Numbered from the stretch's first letter, positions 10,770-21,962 are shown. The stretch: DNA of 64,000 nt from Hydrolagus colliei (GCA_035084275.1 CM068742.1:21576001-21640000); one strand, 5' to 3'. Numbers and translations: made by a program. Notes: generated from the sequence alone by a model not told the origin.

Positions 10770-11606
10770 CTTAAATGGTTAAAAGCGTGGCTGAAAGAGT
10801 GGTACGGGAGGGCAGGGGTTCCATTTTATATGCCATTGGCACCAGTATTGGGGAAAGGGGGAGCTGTTCAATTGGGATGGGCTAAACCTAAACCGGGCTG
10901 GGACTAATGTCCTGGTCAAATCGTTAACTGGTGGGTAGACAGAGCTTTAAACTAATAAGGGCGGGGAGGGAGGGTTGTGGTTAAATGTAAATCAACAAAG
11001 CAAAGACAAGGCTATAAAACAGTGTAGTGACTTGGGGGATCAAGAACAGAGTGTTTTAAGTAGGGACAAAGAGTTCAATAAAGTACATAGGGCAATAATG
11101 AGCAGGGGAGATAGTAAAACGTTAGAATTAAAGGCACTACAACAGTATGCACAAAGCATTCATAACAAGTTAGACAAATTAATGGAACAAATAGAGATAC
11201 CCTGTACATGTAAATGGTTATGATCTACTAGCCATTACTGAGATGTGGTTACAGGGAGACCAAGGTTGGGAGCTAAACATTCCAGGATATTTGACATATA
11301 GGAAAGATAGGTAACATGGAAAATAAGGTGGGGTGGTAGCCCTGCTAATAAGGGATGAGTTAAAAACAGTGGAGAGGAAGGATCTTAAATCAGAAAATCT
11401 GGATGTAGAATCAGTATGGGTGGAGCTAAAAAACAATAAGGGGCAGAAAAAAAATAATAAATTTCTAAAGGGTAAAGGGATTAAGGGATATGGGGATGAA
11501 GCGAGGAGATGGAATTAGATTAGAAGATCAGCCATGATCTTACTGAACGGTGGGGCATGCTCAATGGGCTGAATGTCCTACTCCTGCTCCTAATTCCTAT
11601 GTTCTT
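10770..11606 (+). mobile_element. Internally deleted CR1 (ORF1 end, ORF2 endonuclease start, 3' tail)
   Basis: LKAWLKEWYGRAG.PF (ORF1 esterase end); AQSIHNKLDKL...DLLAITEMWLQGDQGWELNIPGY...GGVALLIRDE...ESVWVEL (APE); then an abrupt switch at about 11455 to the tail gatcagccatgatctt...ctcctgctcctaattcctatgttctt. Confidence 0.8.
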
Positions 11607-11624
11607 AAAACACTAGTGGGTGCA

Positions 11625-12130
11625 CAGGTAGACTCTGCTTCACATTGCTTTTGTCAACATTGTTTCGTTATTGTACTGCTGATACATAGGGAACATATAT
11701 CCATTTAACGTTGCGAGGTTCGCTATTAGGTCATTCGCCATCGGTGGAAAGGGGGCACAATGGCACTAGGGCCTATCCATCAAGAGAGTCGCAGGCAGGC
11801 TGGAGTGAACCAGGCCGCCAGCGAGAGAGAGAGGCAGGCTGGCAGCGAGTGAGACCAGCCAGCCGGTAGCGAGTGAGTTAGTCAGGCAGGCAGTCAGGGA
11901 GCGAGTGAGTGAGCCAGGCAGGTAGTCAGGGAGCAAGTCAATGAGCTGGGCAGGCAGTCAGGAAGTGAGTATAATGTTTTTTGAAGAACATTGTGACAAA
12001 AAATATCCAAAAGAACCTAACTCCAGTTTATACATTAATTCTTATGGTAAAAATGTGTTTGCTTCACGTTGTTTCGCTTAAAGCCGCATTTTTCAAGAAC
12101 ACAACTACGACGTTAAGCGAGGAATACCTG
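11625..12130. mobile_element. Tigger/pogo-type MITE
   Basis: Left end CAGGTAGACTCTGCTT; right end AAGCGAGGAATACCTG followed by TA. Confidence 0.65.
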
Positions 12131-13314
12131 TAGTTTAAAGACCTCTGAACAGTAGTTACAGTATTGGGCAGAGTATTATTCAGGAAATTAGAGGAGCATC
12201 TAACAATGTAATACAGTCATTATGGGTGATTGACTTGGCCAGTTCAGGCCAACTGTGTGTCCTACATTCCCCCCAACTCCACCATCACTGGCTATACTTT
12301 CAGCTACTATGGCTGACCCTCTGATACTCTCTGTCTCAATGCCCCCATCTTGTCTCCTCTTCCCAGTCTCCTGATCACTCCTGAAGACTTTCCTCTTCGA
12401 TTGTGTTACTGTCACCTTACCTTTCTCCCTGTTTCCAAATCAAACTCTATCATTGTTATGGTCTTAACCAAACTGTGGCTAAAGCTCCCAGGATTATATA
12501 AATATGATGTTTCCTGGAGTAATAGGTCCACTCCTGGTCAATGTCACACTTGGAGTACAACTCTGATCAGCCCACACCTGGAGTACAACAACAACAAAAT
12601 GACACTTGTGTAGCACCTTTCACAAAAGGAGGAGTACTATGTACAGCTTTATCAGGCCACACTTGGACTACTTTAACACTGCTTTGTCTGCACATCCCTT
12701 TAGCCCGTACATCACATTGAATGGTTCTGAAAGTCTGTTTATTTCCACACTTGTGTTTCTGATTTCAGGTTGTGGATAGTCAGGCTCCCAGAGAAGGTGA
12801 GTGACATATTATTGATGTTGGCTGTGAAATCAGTTCACTGACTGTGTGTAACCATGGCCGAGTCCCTACCACTGCTGATAGCCACAGAGTGAGAACTCCA
12901 TAACATTCCCCATCACAGCCTCCAGTGCAGTGCTCCAGCCTCCACCACCATTACTGACAGCCTGTTTCATTGATTAATTCCCCTCTGGTTAACAGACCTC
13001 TTAGCCTGCAGTCTGTCCTGAAATGGCCCTTTACAAAACTCTACATCTGTGTCCGCTTGTTCTCCTGTCATGATACAGCCTGAACTATTGATCTGGGTTT
13101 ATGATCTCAATCCCATCTAAAATTTAATTCAAGTCTATAAAGTCGCCTTCTCTAGAGCGAAGAGCCCCAGCCTGTATAATCAATGCTCCATAATTGGGCC
13201 AATAGAAAAGTGCGGAATGTGACAAATGTGGGTGGTGATTGGTGCTACTGAGGCCCAAACTCCCAAACTCTATGTTTTAACTGTATGGATATACTGTTAA
13301 CTAAATAGAACGAA

Positions 13315-13465
13315 AGGTTATTTCTGGTAGGTCAAGGGTTATGGGGGGAGAAAGCAGGAAATTGGAATTGAAAGGATCAGTCAAGATACAGATTAGCCAT
13401 GATCTAATTAAATGGTGGAGCAGGCTCAAAGGGCTAAATAGCCGCCTCCTGTCGCTATATTCATA
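13315..13465 (+). mobile_element. CR1 3' tail
   Basis: aagggttatggggg...agccatgatctaattaaatggtggagcaggctcaaagggctaaatagcc...cctgtc. Confidence 0.75.
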
Positions 13466-14077
13466 AATATTGGTTTGTTGAAATAAAATCTGTGTGAAGC
13501 ATTTGTGAGGACCAATGGGGGGTGTGGGAGAGGTGCGGGGGGTATAGGTGGGAAACACCACTCCCGCCCACTGACCACATCAACCATCTCCAGTAAGTGT
13601 TTTTTTAATTGTATTTTTACCTTATTTATATATTTATTAAATATTTATTCTAATTTTCAATACCAGTAGTGTTGTTTTTGGTCTATATTTAATATTAGTT
13701 TAAGAAAATTTAGACCAGAAATGTACCGAAGGAATGTAACACATATTTATACAATTAGGGCCTCTGCTCATTTAGGTCATTTAGGTTTCGCTATACAGTA
13801 CGTCGTTTCAATTAAAGTCGCACTTTTCAAGAACACATGTCTGACATTAATTGAGTGGTCCCAGTATAGCAGCACAGTGACCTTAACAACCTGCCAACTG
13901 CTCCCGGTAAACATGAGAAATCTGTCTCTCACATCCAAAGCCAGATAGCACTGAAAACCTTTGGAAATACGTAAATAGATTTGACTCTAAATGAACAGCA
14001 AAAGATCCATAGTGAACAGTACAATAAAAAAAAGCCCCCAAAGTAGACCCCATCCCCAACTCTAAAATTTAGCCCAC

Positions 14078-14610
14078 AACCCTAACGCCAACCCTAACCC
14101 CCAACGTGAACCCGAATTCTAACCCTAACCCCCAACCCTAACTCTAACCCAAACCCCCAATCCAAACCCCAACCCTAAACCCTAACTCTAACCCCCAACC
14201 CTAACCCCCATTCCGAGACCTATTCCCCACAAACTTTTCTCCCCACCCAAAAAAAAGATCTCCTCACTTAACAAAAGAAGCAAACACATTCAGTGCTCCA
14301 GCCGACACCACCATTCCTAACGGCCTGTTTCATTGATTAATTCCCCTCTGGTTAACATATCTCTTAGCCTGCAGCCTGTCCTGAAATGGCCCTTCACAAA
14401 ATTCTACATCTGTGTCTGCTTGTTCTCCTGTCATGATACACCTTGAACTATTGATCTGGGTTTATGTTCTCAATCCCTGAAATTTATAAAACCTAACTCT
14501 AACCCTAATACCAACCCTAACCCTAATTCTAACCCTAATCCAAATCCTAACACTAACCCTAATCCCAACCCTAATTCTAATACCAACCCGAAGACTAAAA
14601 CTAAGCCTAA
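14078..14610 (+). repeat. Interstitial degenerate (CCCTAA)n arrays, 5' group
   Basis: aaccctaacccc... tracts at about 14078-14215 and 14490-14610. Confidence 0.85.
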
Positions 14611-15501
14611 CTCTGGCCTAGTTTGAGAAAAACATTCATGCTGCCAGAAAAAGTGGGATCACAAATTGAGAGAGGGACAAAGGTTGAATGTGAACCTAAG
14701 CCTACATTCCCAGTCCGGGAAGGCAAAGGCAAACACAAACTCCAAAACCCCCCAAAAAAATACATCTCAAAAACCTTCCCTAAAACTAACAAACCTAACT
14801 CAATATTGCTTGAAACATCTAATTAAATTACACCTTAACAAAAAACATGAAACAAAATTCAGGAATAAACACACAAATGCCATCAGATCTAGTTGGGTGG
14901 AATATAATTTAATAAATAAAAACCCGAGTAGAAAGTTTCCACCAACGCCCTAGCCAGGGTAAAGGGATTAACTCTTAAACATTAGAATGAAACAATGGCT
15001 AAAAACACATCATATGGCGAGAGGGCCATTAACGCCATTAACACTAAAGCACATCTTGTGGGCTGTTTTGTCCCATCCACAAGTATAACTGAAACTTCCC
15101 TCCACACAGAAAATTTAAAAATCTCCTTGAAAAAGCCACAGGCATTGGCGAAGCATTGGAGGAGATATTTTTTGCCTTCCAGTTCGGAAATTCCCCCAAA
15201 CCGCAGAGAGTCAATATATGGAGCTGGGATCACCAGACCCCGACCCCTCCAAAGAAAAGCTCTCCCTCCCCTGCTCTTCCTCCTTTTCTTTCTCTCTTTC
15301 TCTCCCTCTCTTTCTCGATTTTTCTCAGCCTTTTTTTTCAGCTCCCCGGGCAGATAAGCATCGGAAACCACAGAGTAGTGGGCTGCGAAACTGGGATCTT
15401 GGGACCCCCAAACAAAGCTCCAGTCAGAGGCCCAATCTCCCGGGGTAAGCCCACTTCTCTTTCCTTTATACACCTTTCCACACCCCACCATCCAAAGCAA
15501 C

Positions 15502-16895
15502 ATGGTGCAGACTATATGCAGGTTGCAAAAATGCAACCGAACGTACCTGAGTGAGGCTGGTGGGCCCCAAAATAACACACACAGGGACACATTTGCAAGG
15601 GCATTCGGGGCCTTTTTTAGACTGATCCAAACATATCATCATTTAATTTTTTTAAAAGGTAATCCCGAAACCCCAAAAGGGATTCCAAACCAAGTAGAAA
15701 AATTGACGGAGTTAGTTAAACCAGCCACACCGTCAGAAGGAACGCTCTGTAAATTGGCCAAAAATGCAGAGATGTGGGCAAAATAGACCCGCAATATCCT
15801 TATCGAACATTATAAGAATAACATAATTGAACTAAATAATGAAATTAGGTCAATTGGACCAACAGACTGAAAAGAGGAGGACTTCACAGTGGCAATCTCC
15901 TGGGCAAGGAAAGCCCTAAAACAAAAATTTTAAATGTCGACCACAGATCGGACAAGGCAGAACATTTTTTAAATTAGCAGAGCTGAAACCCCACAATAAT
16001 GACACCCCAACTAACACTAACTTCAGTAAGTGCACTCCCACCCCACTCCCTGCAGTAAGAACTCTCCCGGCCAGGCACAACTGGAGTTCACTCCAATGTG
16101 TCTGTACACCTGGACCTCGATATTCTCCCGGCATCTCAAGAACAACCACAGTTACTGACGGTGACCGCTGGCACTTGGGATGCAGTGAGACCTGCTAGGA
16201 TAATACAGGCTAAGCCCACACCCCTACTGCAGATTCATCCCCCACACGTAGAACAACGGCAGCCAAGAGAGCGACCCCACGTCCTTCTACACAGCGACTG
16301 TCCCCAGGCTGTACAAAGTAGCAATAGCCCCTTCCCCACAGAGAGACAGTAGCACAGAGTCAGGAACAGAGATGGGAATTTCTCCCCTCCATGCCCAACC
16401 GGGAATTGATAAGAATTTAAATACAGTAACTGTCCACAAAAGTACAGATCGTAAAAATGCAGATGGGATATTAAAACCCTCAAAACCAATCATAATAATT
16501 CGGGACGAAAACCTCACAACAAAACAGGTTGTCCAAATGCACACACACAGGAGCAGGCTTTTCCAGAGGCAAACTTCCATCATGTGGATAAAACGTTAAA
16601 CAAAATCATACCCTGTGAGAAGACCACAAAGGTCTTCATTTTCTCCCTCGGTTTCCACAACTGGGGTCAGCAACCAAAGACTGCCATTAAACAATTGAAG
16701 GCTATGTTAAAAAGGGCCAGGCAAGGTTTCCCCAAAGCAGGAATCCTTGTCACAGAAAGTAATTTTAGCCACAATTTAAACCAAAAAGAAAGGACAACCT
16801 TAGAGGAAGTCAATATTTATTGAAAAAACAAGATTAAAAACAATAACACCCAATGGATTAAATTCCCAGTAATATGGTTAAATGGGAAGCCCCCA
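15502..16895 (+). pseudogene. Degenerate ORF: helical N-terminal domain, P/T-rich linker, SGNH-hydrolase-like domain
   Basis: caacATGG start. FRLIQTYHHL...KLTELVKPATP...NAEMW...LIEHY...VAISWARK, with in-frame stops. Then PIIIIRDENL (GDS block), FPEANFHH (after a frameshift at about 16550), IFSLGFHN, KTAIKQL...FPKAGI...NFS and NMVKW. Confidence 0.65.
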
Positions 16896-16932
16896 AAATA
16901 ATTCTCAAACCCAACTCTAAAATCCAGCCCAC

Positions 16933-17600
16933 AACCCGAACCCGAAACCTAACCCCCAACCCTAACCCTAATCCACAACCGGAACCCTAATCCTAACCCC
17001 TGATGTGAACCCTAACCCTAATGCGAACCCAAACCAAACACAAACCCTAACCCCCATCCCGAAAGCTATCCCCCCAAACCTTTCTCGCACACAAAAAAAA
17101 ATCCTAATTTAAGGAAAGAAGCAAACACATTCATGAGCCCAAACGAAATTTGACAAAACCCACAGGGGGTTATCAGGAAAACACAAGCCATGTGTATCAT
17201 GATCCCTGAATTTTATAAAACCTAACCCCAATCCCAACCCTAACACGAACCCTAACCCTAACCCCCATCCCTAAACCTATCCCCCAAACGTTTCTCTCCC
17301 ACAAAAAAAATCCTTACTTAAGGAAATAAGCAAACACATTCATGAGGCCAAGCGTAATTTGACAAAACTCCAGCACAGGGTGATTATCGGGAAACACAAG
17401 CCATGTGTATTATGATTCTCGAAATTTATAAAACCTAACCCTAACCCGAACCCAAAGGATGCCCTATCCCTAACCATAACCCTAAACCTAACCCGAACCT
17501 AGCAGTAACCCTAAACCTAAGGATGTCCTAACCCTTACCCTAACCCTAAGGATGACCTAACCCTCACCCTTACCCTTACCCTAATGCGAAACCTAACCAA
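16933..17600 (+). repeat. Interstitial degenerate (CCCTAA)n arrays alternating with a ~150-nt unique unit, 3' group
   Basis: Tracts at about 16933-17065, 17220-17277 and 17432-17600, separated by two copies of ctatccccc...aagcaaacacattcatgag...cacaagccatgtgtat...tttataaaacctaacc. Confidence 0.88.
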
Positions 17601-17860
17601 CTCTTTAATATTAGAAGATGTGGACTCCTTGTATTCTTAAATAACAACAGGAATGCTACCATTCCAATAGATCAAAGTAATACTGATGAAAGGTGTACAT
17701 TATTTATAGGTGTGGGCAGGCCAGGATTACTTCATTCAGCATTTAAAAGGTGCTTTCCAGGTAGATAATATTTCAGCCTACTTACTGAACATTCAGTTTG
17801 TTAATAATTGAGGAAGAGATTGTGCACCTGGTCAGTGCTGCCTCAACACAGGGATGAAAC

Positions 17861-18022
17861 ATGGATCTGTCTGTCTTGCCAAATAACAACCATCCTGACC
17901 TATTTATGCAGCTAGATGTAAAAGCATTATCTGTAACTCCCAATTTGGGTCATTTTGGGTTGCCGGGACTATCTGGAGCAGCTCTGAGTGGTCAACATTG
18001 GCACAACCATGTCTATTCAAAG
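17861..18022 (+). CDS. MINAR2: Membrane integral NOTCH2-associated receptor 2, coding exon 1
   Basis: MDLSVLPNNNHPDLFMQLDVKAL...QHWHNHVYSK matches the MINAR2 N-terminus (MDLSVLPNNNHPDKFLQLDVK); AAG|GTAAGT donor, phase 0. Confidence 0.94.
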
Positions 18023-18568
18023 GTAAGTGGCAGGAGAGTTTTTCATGCAATGGAGCTGAAATGGGAAGAGAGTGGGTGGGTTTTCTGAAAGGATCAGGTG
18101 AAATTGGCCAAAAGGCATTCTTCATCCAACCTCTGTTGGACTTAATGATCGCTGAATATCTGAGGATCCTGTACTCGTTTTTGGAGATTAGCTTTTAGAT
18201 GTATTTATGATGTTCTGGAGGCAGGGAGAATAAAACACTTTCAATTAAATAATAGAAGTTAAGCAGTCAGTTTAGTGTACTTGTAAATTAACATGAAGCA
18301 TATGGACTTCAATTAAGTGAGTGCACTGCTGTAACTGATCTGAAAGAACATCCATTATCAAATAGTTTACGTTAAACTCTTAAATCAAATTTGTGGAAAC
18401 CAAAATAATTTTTGCAACTTCTATTAAAATAGAAATACTAGTTGAAGCAAAATTGATTATATTGCGGAGGATATTGATGGCTTGGTCACAAATTAATTTT
18501 GCTAATAACCTGTGTGTTGTGAATTCCTTCATGGTTACTGAACCACCGTGGGTTCCATTTTTTTTCAG

Positions 18569-18811
18569 AACCCCAAAATATCAGAAAGGTTGAGCTTGCA
18601 ACCAAATGATGGTCGCCCTGCTGTCATTGATCCCGTCCTCAGCAAGCACATCACTCCCGTAACACTGAAAACCACCATCAAGAGGAATCCCCTGTTTGAA
18701 GACATACAGGGGATCGATAACCGACAACAGAGCAAAGCTCACCCATCCTGGACCATCCAGGAATATGATAGGCACTCAGTGCATTTAAACCTGACGGATT
18801 ACTTAACCAAG
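18569..18811 (+). CDS. MINAR2: MINAR2 coding exon 2
   Basis: ttttcAG acceptor; NPKISER...IKRNPLFED...HPSWTIQEYDRHSVHLNLTDYLTK (family motifs NPLY, PSWTIEEYDKHS); AAG|GTGATA donor, phase 0. Confidence 0.93.
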
Positions 18812-18989
18812 GTGATATATTAAAAGTACTGTAGTTAAGTGATTTCAGTATCCTAATTTTAATTCATTTGCATTTTTTTGTCTTTTGGACATAAAAAGTG
18901 CCCTCTGAATGTTTCACGTTTTCATTAAAAATCCCATGATACTAATTTTAAAAATGGGATTTTCTCTTGGACAACACTCCAGGAACTTA

Positions 18990-19650
18990 ATTGAACCTTG
19001 ACCTCATGTCACCTTCTACCACCTCCGACGGATCGCCCGTCTCCGGCAATACCTCACCCCAAAAGCCGCTGAAACCTTGGGCCATGCCTTTGTCGCCTCT
19101 CAGCTGGACTATTGCAATGCCCTCCTCGCTGGTCTCCTCTCCACCTCAATCCACAAAATCCAGCGAATTCAAAACTTTGCCGTTCGCATACTCACCCGCA
19201 CCAAGCTTCGTTCCCCCATTACCCCAGTCCTTGCCAGACTTCACTGGCTCCCTGTCTCTGAGAGGATTGACTTCAAGATCCTCACCCTTGTTTTCAAGTC
19301 CCTCCACTCCTCTGCACCCCCCCTACCTCTCTGATCTCTCTCCCCAAACCAGCACCTGCTGCCTTCGCTCCACCGGGTCTGGCCTCCTCCATGTCCCCCG
19401 AATCCTCCACTCCACCCTCGGCGGCCGTGCCTTCAGCCACTACACCCCAAGGCTCTGGAACTCACTTCCTTCACCTCGCCCCCTCTCTTCCCAGTTTCAG
19501 GTCCCAGCTCAAGACCTTTCTCTTCGACCGTGCTTTTTCACCTTTCTACCCCTGCCCCTGGTTCGGTCCTGGGATCTGCTATTGTGAAGCCCTCTGAGAT
19601 GCCATCTGGCATCAGGGGTGCTATATAAATCGAAGTTGTTGTTGTTGTTG
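18990..19650 (+). mobile_element. L2 LINE 3' fragment in MINAR2 intron 2
   Basis: HAFVASQLDYCNALLAGL...IQNFAVRILT...LHWLPVSERIDFKIL...GGRAFSHYTPRLWNSLP; tail ending atcgaag(ttg)n. Confidence 0.9.
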
Positions 19651-19844
19651 GCGGGGAGTTGTAAAAATAATAATAATAATAATATACATATCATTTATTT
19701 TTGTTGTGCTGTCCTGTCAAGCATCACATTCTAAAGGAGCCCCCCCTCTCGATGTCCTCATTTCTGAGCTGTTTTGTCCAGTTCTGAACTACTATCAGTG
19801 AGAGTTGTGGAGCTGAGGAAAGGGAGGGCAAAATATCTCTGACT

Positions 19845-20100
19845 CCTATAGCATAGTGTTTAGTGCATTGGCCTCACAAGAGAGAAGACTCAGGTTTATC
19901 AATTGGCAGGTCATTTTTCTAGGGTTGTAATCCCTTCAAAAAACAATTGGTCACAAAAGTGACTGTTTGTGGATCACTGCTGTGTGCAACTCGCTGCCAC
20001 ATTTACCTCCACTTTACAATATATTCTATGAAGTGCTTTGAAGCATCTCAACAATGTGATGAAATGCAATATCAAAACTAAGGATTATTATTATTATCCT
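19845..20100 (+). mobile_element. tRNA-head SINE (diverged)
   Basis: Head tcctatagcatagtgtttagtgc; core gctgtgtgcaactcgctgcc; tail aggattattattatt. Confidence 0.65.
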
Positions 20101-20875
20101 CCAGGCAATACATTTCATCCTCAATCCACTCAGTGTGTGTGTATGCTTATGTGTGTGACCCAACACCATTGTGTATTCTCTACCAAGCTGTGAAATCTCA
20201 TCCTATATATAGATATGTTGTGTTTAAAGAAGGAATGTCTCTCACTATCCAAAAAGGATTTAGGTACTCATGATAAAGAGAAGGCTGTGGGCTCCCCAGC
20301 AATTGGTATAGGACCAATTACCCTATCTTGGCAATGTATACATGCTGCCATGTTTGCCCACAAAATATACAGCCAATTCACCCATTAAAAGGCCTGATAG
20401 CCAGAAAACTGGCATTGAAGGCTTTGTTAGCTGATGTGCTAGTTAAAGGATTCTATTTGTTTTTTGTCCTTCAAATAATTGAGAAGTAGTCTGCCTATTA
20501 ATTGCAAAGTCAAGGAGCATGCAGTGCTTTATTTTCTCAAATAATTTGTTCAACCAAAAGATTGTGATGTGGTAACACTTTTGATCAGTTAGGCCCAAAC
20601 CAATAATAGGTGTTCTTTGCCATCTCTATGGGTGTGGCATCCCAACCTTGTTCGGTTCCACTTGTCTCCAGGCATCAGCAGTTCAAGAACCTTGCTCTCA
20701 CATTTAAATTCCTCCATCCTAATTTTTAGGTGTTCTTCAACTGATCTGAGTCCTCCTTTCGTTTAGTGAGCATCAGCCTGCTTCATGCCCTCGTGTTTCG
20801 CCCACGAATACAGTCAATTGACTTTACAGTATATTCTGTGAAGCGCTTTGAGACTGATAAAAAAAAATGTGAAAA

Positions 20876-21066
20876 NNNNNNNNNNNNNNNNNNNNNNNNN
20901 NNNNNNNNNNNNNNNNNNNNNNNNNNNNNNNNNNNNNNNNNNNNNNNNNNNNNNNNNNNNNNNNNNNNNNNNNNNNNNNNNNNNNNNNNNNNNNNNNNNN
21001 NNNNNNNNNNNNNNNNNNNNNNNNNNNNNNNNNNNNNNNNNNNNNNNNNNNNNNNNNNNNNNNNNN
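20876..21066. other. Assembly gap
   Basis: Run of N inside MINAR2 intron 2. Confidence 1.
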
Positions 21067-21335
21067 CAGTGAACAGGCTTCGGTCATTCTGCCCCATTCT
21101 TTGGAACTCTATCACAAAGTTCCACTGACTCCCTCCACTTGTTCAATCAAGTCTCAAAGCATCCTCTTGGACCAAAATTTCAATCAACTCTTTCAGCTCC
21201 CAACCCAACATGAGTGCCCATCCAGGATTGGTAAATGGTTTGAGATGTGATCTTGACATGAAAGGCACTGTATAAAATGTAAGTTGCATGTGTTTAGAAA
21301 AGGTTAAACACTTGGTTTCATTTGCTTCAATTTAG

Positions 21336-21527
21336 GAGGATCCAAACGACCTGAAATTTTGGATGGATGACATTTACACCCCAGGGTACGATTCTTTGTT
21401 AAAAAAGAAAGAGCTTGAAATGAAAAGAGCCAAATGCTGTAAAATAATAACACTGCTGTCATTGGTAGCCTGTACTATAATCACTGTAATTACTGTTTCA
21501 ATAGTTGTTGTTGGACGTACTCATTAA
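21336..21527 (+). CDS. MINAR2: MINAR2 coding exon 3 (C-terminal TM anchor, stop)
   Basis: tttAG acceptor; EDPNDLKFWMDDIYTPGYDSLLKKKE...KCCKIITLLSLVACTIITVITVSIVVVGRTH* with TAA at 21525-21527; spliced total 198 aa. Confidence 0.94.
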   Translation, partial: EDPNDLKFWMDDIYTPGYDSLLKKKELEMKRAKCCKIITLLSLVACTIITVITVSIVVVGRTH

Positions 21528-21759
21528 AATATGCAGCCAAAGAAAGTTAATATGATACAAATTTAACAGTAATTTTAATGTAATTGTATCAATTTTCACA
21601 ATGATGCATGACAGAGATTACATTGTTTTACAGACATTCAAAATTGTCTGCATCATATTTTTAAAAGAAAATGTCATGCTGACCTGTTGGTAATGCATTT
21701 TTAAAATAGATTTGCATAATGTGCATTTAGGAGATACAAACGTATGATCTTCTAACAAA

Positions 21760-21962
21760 AATAAATTGACTGTTAATGCTCTAACAATTTGCATACGTTA
21801 CCCATTTAGTTATTTCCTAAGTGCCCAGACATTGTTATTATTAATACTCAAAATGATGACTTGGATGAGCCAGGGATTACGCCATGACTTGGATTTTTAA
21901 AGCATAAGACACACAAGTACTCACTGTAGTGCAAGTTTTTGAATGCAAATGTTGGTAATAAA
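21760..21962 (+). terminator. Candidate MINAR2 polyadenylation signals
   Basis: AATAAA at 21760-21765 and 21957-21962 downstream of the stop codon; which one is used is unknown. Confidence 0.4.

Larger units (their letters stand above)
14032..17600 (+). mobile_element. Decayed Penelope-like retroelement derivative (SGNH-like ORF, direct terminal repeats with telomere-like arrays, no RT)
   Basis: Broken ORF at 15502-16895; direct repeat 14032-14292 vs 16887-17133; two further tandem units to about 17440; CCCTAA-like arrays at both ends. The family call rests on recalled similarity to fish Penelope/Neptune N-terminal ORFs and was not searched. Confidence 0.55.

Noticed and set aside
17128-17165. 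Hammerhead-like ATGAG-cccaaa-CGAAA (and ATGAG-gccaag-CGTAA at about 17340) in the tandem unit
   Set aside because: The invariant CUGA is TTCA in all three unit copies and no UH cleavage triplet follows helix III; it cannot be supported as a ribozyme, though a family consensus should be checked.
16933-17600. True chromosome end or CRISPR-like repeat-spacer array
   Set aside because: Arrays are degenerate and internal with genes on both sides; the spacers are copies of each other and the DNA is eukaryotic with no cas genes.
20766-21128. ORFs spanning N runs (also 34451-35224 and 59132-59853)
   Set aside because: Artefacts of assembly gaps and low-complexity sequence.
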